64,000 nt of DNA from Paraphysomonas bandaiensis (lineage: Eukaryota; Protista; Chrysophyceae). Positions 10,136 through 20,469 of the stretch are shown here, one piece after another. A program made the position numbers and the translations under genes. The notes under the pieces are model-generated. The model had not been told where the DNA came from and made no database searches. It worked only from the letters and a program-made list of their open reading frames with translations. The stretch lies in assembly GCA_965644295.1 (NCBI GenBank), contig CBFFRP010000297.1:372001-436000 (forward strand), in the 5' to 3' direction. How positions within the stretch are numbered: the stretch's first letter is position 1; each line of letters begins with the position of its first letter.

Positions 10136-13100
10136 TTAATTGTGATTTAGGTGTCTCTGAGGTTGTTGATCGCTTCCTGTTGTTGCTGGATGGGATGTCG
10201 AACCCAGCTCCCCCATCAATGTAGTTCGCAATTGAAGAAAATTAGTTGCTCCTAGTGGTTTCGTGAGAAGATCGGCTAACATTGACGTGGTGGGAATATG
10301 GTCAACAGTCAATTGGTTTTCGGCAATATTTTCTCGAATGAAATGATACCGTATCGCAATATGTTTCGTACGACGATGATGAGTAGGATTGTAACATAAT
10401 TGGACTGCCCCTTTATTATCGCACCAAATAGTTGTTGAGAATGGAAGTTTGAAACCAATTTCTGATAATAAAGAGCGTAGCCATAATGCTTCCTGAGCTG
10501 CTGACGATAGAGCCATATACTCAGCTTCAGTAGATGACAATGCCACAGTTGTCTGTAATCGAGATTGCCATGATATAAGACAATTACCTATGAAGAATGT
10601 AAAGGCTGTAGTGGACCGTCGAGTGAGGTGACACCGTGCCCAATCGCTATCGCAGTATCCTGACAATGTTATGTGGGATCCAGAATATATCAATCCTTGC
10701 TTAGCAGTGCCTTTGAGATACCTAAGAACATGTAACGCAGCATTACAGGTAGTTAGATTAGGCATATCAGAAAATCTGGCAAGAGTATTGACTGCATAGG
10801 CGATATCCGGTCGAGTGCATACAGCTAGATACATTAGGGAACCTATGAGCTCCTTGTAGGGGAAATTCTGAACATAACTTTGATTTGACTCTGAAAGATG
10901 ATTGTATTCATGTAAATCATAGTTGAAAGACAGTAACATAGGTGTTGACATGGGTTTACTGTTAGACATGTTGAATTTGTCCAGTAACTTTCTGACGTAC
11001 TGCTCCTGACTGAGAGTCGTGATATTTTTGTCAAAATCTTGATGAATGGAGATGCCCAAGTAATAGTCTAGGAGTCCGAGATCCGTAATTTCGAACTTTT
11101 TGGATAAATGGTCTTTGAATTGTTGGATATCAGTGTCGGATGTAGATGCTATAATAATATCATCCACATACATGGCTATTAGCATAATCCTGCCATTAAT
11201 CTGCTTTTTGAATATACACGGGTCAGATATTAGTCTGGTGAAACCCATATCTAGCATAAAATTTGTACAGCACTTATACCAGTTAAGACCTGCTTGCTTT
11301 AGACCGTAGATGCTTTTCATCAGTTTGAGGACTTTTCCGTCAGGGACGTCCATGCCAGGAGGGGGATACATGTATATGTTCTCTTCGAGGTCAGCATTGA
11401 TGTACGCAGTTGTGAAATCGATTTGGTGCAATTTGAGTTTCATAATAGTCGAAAGGGCAATAATTGTACGTAGTGATGTAGCCTTCGCGACGGGGCTGTA
11501 TGTATCATTATAATCGATGCCTTGGATTTGAGTAAAACCCTGTGCGACTAGTCGAGCCTTGAATTTGATATCATTCTGTTTTCTTTTTATTTTGAATATG
11601 AGTTTCCCCTTTATGGCTCTTGCTCCAGGTGGTAACGCAGTGTATCTCCAGCACCCTTTCCTCTGAAGAGTGGATATTTCTCTATTGATAGCATCGATCC
11701 ACTGCTGTTTATATTTACCTGAAATAGCATCTTGAACACTCTTTGGTGTATCGGTTAGCTCGTCAATGTCATCGCAATTACTGATAGCATGCATAACAAT
11801 ATCAATATTGTTTGTATGTAATTTTGATATACATTGTGTGTCATGTGCCATATGATTTACTACATGTTTAGCATTTACATCACATGTATATACACCATCA
11901 CCTAGTTTGTGTATATTTACAATTACCCGTTTCCTGGCCATTCTCCTGCTTCGGAGAACACTCTTTCTACCAGCTAAAAATTGTTGTTTTGCTGTAGCAC
12001 GGACCTTACTTGGCCCTTCAGGTGTACCCTGATTTTCCCAATCTCCCGATGAATCAGCAGACTTGTTACCGCGTTTGGCCATACGCTGGTGCACACGATC
12101 CACTTGACCGTGTGGTGCCGGATTCGGCACTAGATTCCCATTGAATTGTTTCGGAGGGCGAGTCTTCGCTATCTTTGCATCGGAGTGGGTAGGTTCACAC
12201 CGATGGCTGCTGATTCTCTCCTGCGCGGCATCATGATGTCTGAGATTCTCGCCACTCCCCCTGGAAGTAGCGGCTGGCGCTGGAGATCCAATAACTGTAT
12301 CGGGGTTTTGATCTGATTTGCTGGATTTATGTATTGGGGTTTTCGATCGAGACGTAATACATTTGAGACCAACTGCTTTGAGTTCTATGTATACTTCAGT
12401 GTACTTTTCGACGTCTGCAGCATGAATGGGGTCTTCGAGCTGGATGAGTCGTATCTTGTCACCGCTGTCGTCCACTAGACCACGATACGCTGCGATTAAT
12501 CCTTTTCTGAGCTTTATTTGAGTCGTTACATATGTTAATCCATCGTCTGGATCTACATGAGCTAGACCTATGAGATATTTGAAACTTTCTACTGTCCTGG
12601 TGGTCTCATTCTCCCTGAAGATCTCATTTATCTCCTTAAAATATCTCTTATCCGCTGGTGGAACACATTCGTTGAAAAATACATGTCCTGATATAACAAA
12701 ATCTCTTAATGCGGGAACAAAGACTATATATCCAGGACCATCCTCTCGATAGCCCATAAAATACCCAGGCCAGCTATGTCTGTCCCAGTTGTTCTTTCGG
12801 AGACTGGAATCGATATTCACAAAGCATTTACATCCCCATATTCTGGCATAACTCAAGTCTGGTATTTCGTTTTCGATGAATTGGAGTGGGGACATAAATC
12901 CTTTAGCTGTTTGACACGGTAACCTGTTCTTGATGTGTATTGTCGCCCTTGAGGCTTGTTCCCAGAAATTCGGTGGGAGTCCAGAGTCGATAAGGCTGCT
13001 GAGTGCTCGTTCTTTAGTTGTCCGCCATGATCGCTCTTGGAATGGGTTATCCTCAGGGGTATACGGGGAGTTGAAAGTCCATGTAGCCCCTATTGATTGA

Positions 13101-15097
13101 AGATACTCTAGAACTTTTTTTGATACCAGTTCCTTCCCGCCATCCGCATGATAATGTTGTAGGCGTTTGCCTTTACTATGTAGATACATAACAACTTTCT
13201 GGATGGATTGGATGACAAAATCTTCATCTCTCGTTGGTCCGTAGGAGTCCCATTGGTGTCTGGAAGCTACATCAGTCATCCCGAGTATGTAACGGTTGCC
13301 AGTAATGATTGCCTCTGGTGCATGAGGTCCAGAAAAATCGGCTACTACTAGCTCCCCCAGCTCATTCGCTCTTCTTACACGCTTGAGCAGCATTTGTCTG
13401 ATAGCGTGTCTATGTTTTCGGCGATGAGATTTACCACTAGCACAACCATCACATAGGCCACCCGGTAAAGAAGTAGCATTCATCTCCGACTTCGTTAACT
13501 TAATACCCGTTACTAATTTTGACTGTACAGCTTTCTGTATGAGTCCAATTGAAGAATGTGCCAATCTCTTATGTGCTAGAGTTGCGAGTGGACCTGAAGC
13601 AGTTGAAGCAAGGTGGGATTCGTCAATAGGAGTACCGAGGTCTGTTAATGGAATTTCATATAGGCCTCCAACTCTCTTACCCTTTGATAGCAGTATTTCA
13701 TCTTTATATATCTCAACTGATTGGTTTCCGAACAAGATTTTATACCCTAGGTCATCTAATTGGCTGATGGACACGAGTGTCCTCGAAGCATGGTCCACGT
13801 GCTTGCACTTGGGGATAATACCAAGTCTTCCATGTCCTGAAGAGGTCATAGTCGATCCTGACTTAGCTGTTTGAATGTCGGTGAGGCATTCCTCATAATT
13901 GGTGATGTATCCGGCTTCAGGTGTGATGGAGACTGTGCAGCCAGAATCAAGGGTTCCCATTCCGGCTTCTTGATCAAAAACGAAGTTCGTTTCGTCGTTT
14001 GTTGGATATCCGACTCCTCCGAAGTCTCGTCCTTTCTGTTGTAGTGGACCACTGTCTTCATAATCTGCAAACTGGTCGGATTCGTCGTTTTCAGTGCTCT
14101 GGTGGGTCTGGAATCTAACTTTTTTGAATTTCCTACTGGTTGATTTGTTTCCAGAGGAACTCTTCATTTGTTGGATCCTTTCCCATGAGTGTTTGCATTC
14201 TGAAGCGATGTGTCCTTTTCCATCGCATCGGAAACACTTAATGTCCTTGTCAGTTCTCTTGTCATGTTTCGGTTTATTGGAACGGTTTCTGAAAGATGTC
14301 CCCTTTTTGCGCTTGGAATTCACTTTACTTTTGAAAAATGGGGGTTTTGAGGCTGCAAGCTGAATACTGTCGGTTTTTGTTTCTTCGTTGCTTGACAAGA
14401 GCATTCCTACAGACGAGCTTCCTAATCCGCGTAGTCTGCGTATGAGTGTTTTGTAGTCATCGATAGGGTGCATCTGCAGGTTGATCGCCAGTTCACGATA
14501 CGTCATATTTTCTTTGGATACCAGGCCTTGTCGAATGCGTGATATGAGATCTTGATCACTTATCCGATGACCATAATTAATCAGCTTGTTTCTGAGCTTT
14601 TCGACAGCGTCAAGAAAGTTGATTATCGACTGACCTTTTTTGATTTTTATGCTCTGAAACTGGCCAATCAGATCGGTGATTACATCGTTAGTCGTTTTTT
14701 CTTTGAAGTGGTTGAGCAAGTCCGTCCAGGCGGTTTTTCCGTCTCCATCGGGGACGTTCTCCAAAATCCCCTCAGCCTCTTCATCCTGACCAATGATAGA
14801 GCTTGCAATGACTGACCATAGGTAGTTATTACCTTCATCATAATATCGTTTCGCATCCTGATACTGTTCGAGTCGATACTGGTAGTCCTCGTCATCTGAG
14901 TTTTCTCCTGCTTCAGGCTCAATTGGGTGATCGTTCTGTAGAGTATAAACGATCTTAGGCTTTCTGTAAAACCATGCACGGCACTTCTTCTGCCACTTGG
15001 AGAAGTTCTTCGCGTCGAACTTTGGCATTGAGTCTTTCTGTTTTTCGGTTGTTGAATCCGAGTCGGTTGAGTCGTAACTTGTAACTTTAACTGACAT
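10136..15097 (-). CDS. Copia Gag-Pol polyprotein (1653 aa)
   Basis: CCHC CFRCDGKGHIASEC; protease LDSGCT; integrase HKRLAH..CDGC and D(ADFSGP)-D(ADGGKE)-E(QER); RT DFTTAY, YGLKQ, YVDD; RNase H DSDWA, STEAEY, CDN, ADLLTK. IN-RT-RH order is Copia-type. Confidence 0.97.
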   Translation of the reverse strand: MSVKVTSYDSTDSDSTTEKQKDSMPKFDAKNFSKWQKKCRAWFYRKPKIVYTLQNDHPIEPEAGENSDDEDYQYRLEQYQDAKRYYDEGNNYLWSVIASSIIGQDEEAEGILENVPDGDGKTAWTDLLNHFKEKTTNDVITDLIGQFQSIKIKKGQSIINFLDAVEKLRNKLINYGHRISDQDLISRIRQGLVSKENMTYRELAINLQMHPIDDYKTLIRRLRGLGSSSVGMLLSSNEETKTDSIQLAASKPPFFKSKVNSKRKKGTSFRNRSNKPKHDKRTDKDIKCFRCDGKGHIASECKHSWERIQQMKSSSGNKSTSRKFKKVRFQTHQSTENDESDQFADYEDSGPLQQKGRDFGGVGYPTNDETNFVFDQEAGMGTLDSGCTVSITPEAGYITNYEECLTDIQTAKSGSTMTSSGHGRLGIIPKCKHVDHASRTLVSISQLDDLGYKILFGNQSVEIYKDEILLSKGKRVGGLYEIPLTDLGTPIDESHLASTASGPLATLAHKRLAHSSIGLIQKAVQSKLVTGIKLTKSEMNATSLPGGLCDGCASGKSHRRKHRHAIRQMLLKRVRRANELGELVVADFSGPHAPEAIITGNRYILGMTDVASRHQWDSYGPTRDEDFVIQSIQKVVMYLHSKGKRLQHYHADGGKELVSKKVLEYLQSIGATWTFNSPYTPEDNPFQERSWRTTKERALSSLIDSGLPPNFWEQASRATIHIKNRLPCQTAKGFMSPLQFIENEIPDLSYARIWGCKCFVNIDSSLRKNNWDRHSWPGYFMGYREDGPGYIVFVPALRDFVISGHVFFNECVPPADKRYFKEINEIFRENETTRTVESFKYLIGLAHVDPDDGLTYVTTQIKLRKGLIAAYRGLVDDSGDKIRLIQLEDPIHAADVEKYTEVYIELKAVGLKCITSRSKTPIHKSSKSDQNPDTVIGSPAPAATSRGSGENLRHHDAAQERISSHRCEPTHSDAKIAKTRPPKQFNGNLVPNPAPHGQVDRVHQRMAKRGNKSADSSGDWENQGTPEGPSKVRATAKQQFLAGRKSVLRSRRMARKRVIVNIHKLGDGVYTCDVNAKHVVNHMAHDTQCISKLHTNNIDIVMHAISNCDDIDELTDTPKSVQDAISGKYKQQWIDAINREISTLQRKGCWRYTALPPGARAIKGKLIFKIKRKQNDIKFKARLVAQGFTQIQGIDYNDTYSPVAKATSLRTIIALSTIMKLKLHQIDFTTAYINADLEENIYMYPPPGMDVPDGKVLKLMKSIYGLKQAGLNWYKCCTNFMLDMGFTRLISDPCIFKKQINGRIMLIAMYVDDIIIASTSDTDIQQFKDHLSKKFEITDLGLLDYYLGISIHQDFDKNITTLSQEQYVRKLLDKFNMSNSKPMSTPMLLSFNYDLHEYNHLSESNQSYVQNFPYKELIGSLMYLAVCTRPDIAYAVNTLARFSDMPNLTTCNAALHVLRYLKGTAKQGLIYSGSHITLSGYCDSDWARCHLTRRSTTAFTFFIGNCLISWQSRLQTTVALSSTEAEYMALSSAAQEALWLRSLLSEIGFKLPFSTTIWCDNKGAVQLCYNPTHHRRTKHIAIRYHFIRENIAENQLTVDHIPTTSMLADLLTKPLGATNFLQLRTTLMGELGSTSHPATTGSDQQPQRHLNHN

Positions 15098-15107
15098 CTC
15101 GCTACCA
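15097..15107 (-). promoter_or_regulatory. Primer-binding site, probably for initiator tRNA-Met
   Basis: TGGTAGCGAGA directly abuts the 5' LTR. TGGT-AGC is the complement expected for an A1:U72 initiator tRNA 3' end. Confidence 0.75.
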
Positions 15108-15346
15108 AAATAAGATTTAAGCTTATTAGTAAAACAATGTTGTGATTATTAGAGTGAAAATTATGAATAACAATATAGAACGTACTATCATGCACAACGG
15201 AATAGTTAGAAGTGTAACTGATAATGACGACGTTATGATGACGATCACGTATCTTCGACAGATACTCTCTCTAATTCAGTTCATGGTATATTTCATTGAA
15301 CATTATAACTCACAGATACAATCATGTATTAAGCTGAATCCTAATA
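15108..15346 (-). repeat. 5' LTR of the intact Copia
   Basis: Apparently identical to 9665-9903. Confidence 0.95.
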
Positions 15347-15392
15347 TAGCTGACTAGCTACAAGCAACTTCCGAAGTCAAGGAATTGCACCT

Positions 15393-15880
15393 TGTTATCA
15401 ATAATTAGTATATAATTAACTCCTTTTTGTAACTATAATCACCCGTTACACCTATGAGTTGGCTTCACCTATTGCACACTATTAACTCACTTCAATCGCA
15501 CAATATATAATATATATCACATCATATTGTAGAACTCAACACTCCCACTCAATTGGATGTAGTTAACCATTCTAATATTTGTGAAGAACATTTCTATCGG
15601 ATACGCAACCACCGAACCTCATAGGACACTGGTGAACGTATAACTCCGCTGATATAGCTAGCTCCCACCATTCATTCACACTTAACTGGTTACGACGAGC
15701 TCTCCTTATCTTGGGTACCGCTGCGATAGTTTCTTCAGTAGTCTTAAATTTTTCCCCAAGATTTCGCTCCCTCTGTTCAGTAAATATTGGACCACACGTA
15801 GCCTTGGTGTATATATCAGCCATCTGTTGTCGACTGCTCACATGAATAAATTTTGGTAAGCGAGGACTACCTGTAGTGTA
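15393..15880 (-). mobile_element. 3' fragment of another Copia (RNase H end, PPT, ~149-bp TG..CA LTR at 15393-15541)
   Basis: FIHVSSRQQMADIYTKA motif; PPT gagtgggag followed by TGTTGAG...TAACA. Confidence 0.75.
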
Positions 15881-15939
15881 GACTGAGTAAAAAGGCAACG
15901 GGGGTATTCCGTCCGTATACGATCTGTAGCATCCGTTAA

Positions 15940-18900
15940 CGTTTAGACCGAGTACCGTGTTTTTTCTCTGCGTAAGAGGAAATTATGAAGAAAACAACAA
16001 AGAGAGATATCCCAGATATCCAAGATCTGGAAGAAGGCAAGAGTCTGACAGTTATGACGCAGTGCCAATGCTAAGATATGGCGCAAACTGTAATCTGCCT
16101 ATCTTCAAGCAGAAATTGGTGGCCGAAGCCATGGTGAGGTACGGAGACCTTGCAAAGGTGAGAGATGAGATGAGAAAAACTGTGCGGTGACCCTAACGAA
16201 CGCATTCACATCCGGAAGCTACCCATTCGAGTGGTACGAGGTACTGCTACATAATCAGGCGGACGTATCAGTGGTCCACCCTGCATTACTGCACAATATA
16301 AGGCCGGTGACCAGAAAATGTACCGTGGCAGGGCTCTCAGGGCACGCTATGGAGCTGCCAAACGTAGGAGATTTGGATCAATTCTTTCCCTGCACAACGG
16401 TTGATCATTTACGTGCGAGTGTGCTATGCCAATCAGATGTGGAAGACATGTACGATGTGACATATGTGAAAGGCAACTCGTACACTGTCCACTTACCTGG
16501 CAGAGATCTGGTATTCGCACGAAGAAACAAAATGTACGTGGCTGATATGCGAGACTGGGCCACTGGAAACGTACATGTCACAACAGCAGCTGACATGGAA
16601 GCGAGGCACTCGAAGGCCGAAGTGGCCCGAGCACGAGAGGCATGGGACCTAATCAAGACCTCAGGATTTGACTGAGAAAGACGCAATCAACTTAGTCAGT
16701 GATGGCAACATAACAGGACTGAAACTCACGCAAGTGACGTACGGAGAGCATTCGAAATATATGGAACCCCATACGAGTCAGTGCGCGGAAAGCACACTCA
16801 CAGAAAAACGGGGCGCCAGTACGTAGACACCGCACTGAAATCGGAGATGCAGCGAGAGCAGAGGCTCTACTCAGACATTTTCAGCGTGCGACAGCAGTCC
16901 TTTCTTCTCACGATGGCGGAGCCACTGGGAGTGTCAGTAGTCGCTGCAGTACAGAATGAGACAACAGAAGCATTAGGCCTCGCACTACAGGGACACGTTA
17001 ATCTGCTACGGAGCTACGGGTATGTGCCGACCATCGCTTACCTCGACCCACAACCTGGCTTCAAACCACTCCGAGGGCAGATTACAGGGGTGGAGATAGA
17101 CGGGAGCAGGCGACCACCTCGACAAAATTGACTCAAAAATACGACGCCTGAAAGAGAAGATCAGGAGCATTCATGCAGGACTACCGTGGGATTTACCTGA
17201 CGTCAACGTAAAAGATCTGGTACGGTATGCGAACTGCAGGATGAACCTGAGAAGGCCATCCACCAATGGGTCAACGGTAGCGCCGCGAGTGGCATTGACA
17301 GGGATCAAACCGAATTTCAAAAACGAGCTGGCTCTCGCATTCGGCGACTACGTGGAGTGCTACGACCCGAAGGTCAAGAGCAACGACGCAGAGCAAGACC
17401 GAACAGAACCGTGCATAGCCCTGTACCCTGCATGCAACGCGAATGGTAGTTGGATTTTCCTAAACCTTAAGACAAACAAGTACGTCAGCAGAACAAACTG
17501 GAGGAAGATGATAACTACGCAGTTGGTGATAGACGCAGTGAACAAGATCGCAGAAGTAAATCGAAAAAACGCAAGGCACTCACCAGCTGTCACGGACCAA
17601 CCAGACCAGTGCGAACAAGCGCAAGACGACACCGCAGAGGGTGACAATGCAACTGCGATAACAGAGCATGAGAGCAATAATACCACAGAGATGAGCGAAG
17701 ACGCACCTGCTACAAACAAGTCAGAATCTGTGGGGCAAATGGGCGAGGAAGTGAGCCCAACGACTACCGGCAGTGACGCCCCTAATGAAATAAATAATAC
17801 AGAAGATATAACAGGGGTGGTACACAATACAATGAGCTCACCGTCACTAACAGAAGGAGAACAGCTGGTGCTATACGGAAACTAGTGATGTACCGTGCCT
17901 ATCACACGAGCATTACACAAGGGTTAAAGGAGCACGGCAAGGAGGCTTACCTACTAGCAATAATTGTGCGGGAGCTGAAGCAGCTGCTGCACGACAAAAA
18001 GGCCATAGTCCCAGTCCACCGGAGTGAGCTGACAAAGACCCAGCAGCTCAAAAGAATAATTCGGTCACTGATGTTCCTGAAAACCAAGTACTATGGCCTT
18101 GGGCGTTTCGAAAAAATCAAGGCCAGACTGGTGGCAAATGGTGCGCAGCAGGACAGAAAGCTGTACACCGATACATCGTCGCCTACAGTAGCTAGCGATG
18201 TAATCAGTATTTGCATGTCTAGCAATAGCAGCGAAAGAGATACGACATATTTCAACAGTGGACATAGAAGGAGCCTACCTGAATGCCGAGATGACCGGAG
18301 AAGAAGTCATTATGGAGCTCGAACCAATGCAAGCCACGATCCTGAAAAAGATGGGCCCAGCCATACAGCCACACATAGACGAGCGCGGAAGACTGCTGCT
18401 GGTACGATTGGACCGGGCCCTATACGGATGTGTTCAGAGTGCAAAATTGTGGTATGATACACTGAGGACGTACCTGGAGAGCATCGGCTTTGCAGTCAAC
18501 CCCATAGACCAATGCGTGTTCAATCGGACCGTCAACGGAAAACAATGCACAGTGACCCTGCACGTAGACGACCTATTAGTGATGTCACAGTGTGCAAGGA
18601 AGACACAGAATGGCTAGTGGCAAAACTAAAACAGCAATACGGCGAGGTGAAACACTGTACCGACCATGACATGTCGTATATGGTATGCATATAAATGTAC
18701 AGGACGGGAAGGCAGTGGTATCGATGAGGGCATACCTGGAGGGAGTGCTCGAGGAAACGGGGACCACAGGAGGGACGGCATCCCCGGCAACAGCATCTCT
18801 TTCACTGAGAAGTCCGAGCAGAAACTGGGCAAGAGACGCCGCAGAATTCCACACAGTAGTGGCAAAGCTGCTATACCTGGCGACAAGGGTGAGGCCGGAT

Positions 18901-19800
18901 ATTTTGCTGTCCATTGCGTACCTGGCTACTAGGGTGAAAGACCCTACGCAAGATGACAAGCAGAAGCTGGGAAGAGTGTTGAAGTACCTGGCGGCCTCCA
19001 AGAACCAGGATCTACACCTGCTGCGGATAGGAGATAAGACTCAGGTAAAAGCATACATTGACGCATCATTTGCGACACATCAGGATGGAAAGGGGCATAC
19101 CGGAGTGGTGGTCAGCGTGGGGGATGCGGCAGTGCTTTGTCGGTCGACAAAGCAGAAACTTGTCACTAAGGACTCCACTGAGTCGGAATTGGTCGCTCTC
19201 TCTCTGACATGATGCCATGTGTGATGAAATTGCATGAATTCCTGTGTGGTCAAGGGTGTAAAATGGACTCACATACAATATTCCAGGACAATGCGTCTAC
19301 CCTCAGCCTCGTAACGAAAGGAGGAGGCAAATACAGATCAAAATATCTGCGAGTAAGGCAGGCTTTAGTCAAAGAGCGCCATGATAGTGGGGGCGTGAAG
19401 CTTCAGTACTTACCTACAGGAGAGATGTTGGCTGATGTGCTGACTAAACCCCTACAGGGCAAATTGTTTCATCATTTGATATGTCTTATCGCTGGAGACG
19501 TATAGACACATCACAGGGGTGCGAAGAGAAATCAGACAGAGCAGATTGAGGATGTTCTTTTCAGTTTAGTACTTGAAGTGACTGTATAAGATATGCATAT
19601 AGGGCACATAGAAGTGTATGGTGTTATATTATGCAGTGTTTTGTACGGCTGTAGGCTAGAAGCATAATTTCCGAGTTAGATTCTCATCCAGCTCATCAAA
19701 GGGAGACCCATCATCACCTATGTCACTTTCGAGCTCCATCTTAATTTCACAATATAGTACAATATAACTATATCGGAACTTCACATCTTACTTCAGCAGA
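15940..19800 (+). mobile_element. Degenerate, internally deleted Copia element resembling the diatom CoDi-type lineage
   Basis: Gag start, protease LL(H)NQADVSV, integrase, RT DIEGAYL/LYGCVQSA/HVDDLL, RNase H YIDASFATHQDGKGHTG, STESE, QDNAS, ADVLTKPLQG. Many frameshifts. PPT acaggggg then TG at 19521; LTR end uncertain. Confidence 0.85.
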
Positions 19801-19904
19801 ACGAACCGACTGGATCTTGTGCTCTTATAATACGCACTTCTATTCCCCAAAAGCAGGAGTTTCTATAGTGGTATGGGAAAATACGTTATAGTTGGGTTGT
19901 AGAC

Positions 19905-20345
19905 CTAATTCCCCCGTGGTTCGGAAATCACCACTATCATATGGAAAATCCTGTAGAATAAAATCCCCCATTTTTTACAATCCTTACAACCCCACTGGAA
20001 ATAGCATTGTTCCAAGTTTGTTTTGAGTTGTTTGCGTATCGGCATCCTTCGTTTATTTTTGTTCCAAGATGCCTCAAATATTGAGGTAATAATTATGTGT
20101 ATTCGAGCCATAGTTGTAGTTCAGTAATATAGAAATATTTTGCTTCAATTTATTTCCGCAAAATGAGATGCTGACTGCCGATACGTGTATGTTTACGTTG
20201 CCCATTTTTTTATCAATAAAGCAAAAAACTAGATTTTTTGCTACAAATTTGGGCTTGAAACCCATATGGAAATACTTGTTTGTCGAGAATGGACATGGAG
20301 TAAACTTTTACATGTATATATATATACATACTGTGTACACCATAG
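19905..20345. repeat. Relative of the 7833-8448 element (shared core), just upstream of the Ca-ATPase
   Basis: cgtatcggcatcc...atgcctc..atattgag...tttgcttcaatttat..ccgcaaaat.agatgctg...gccgatacgtgta is shared with 8120-8275. Confidence 0.65.
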
Positions 20346-20469
20346 GTATACTTTGCTGGTGAGTGTTTTTCTATTGTGAAATCTTGATGTGTGTTACAAA
20401 ACAAGCTCTAACTTGATACTTCATGCCGTTGCATGTTAGTAGCTCCTGAAGTAGAGAGTGAAGTGCGCG

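Larger units (their letters stand above)
9665..15346 (-). mobile_element. Full-length, apparently intact Ty1/Copia LTR retrotransposon
   Basis: Two 239-bp LTRs (9665-9903, 15108-15346), 5-bp TSD tagct (9660-9664, 15347-15351), PBS, PPT and an uninterrupted gag-pol ORF. Confidence 0.97.
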
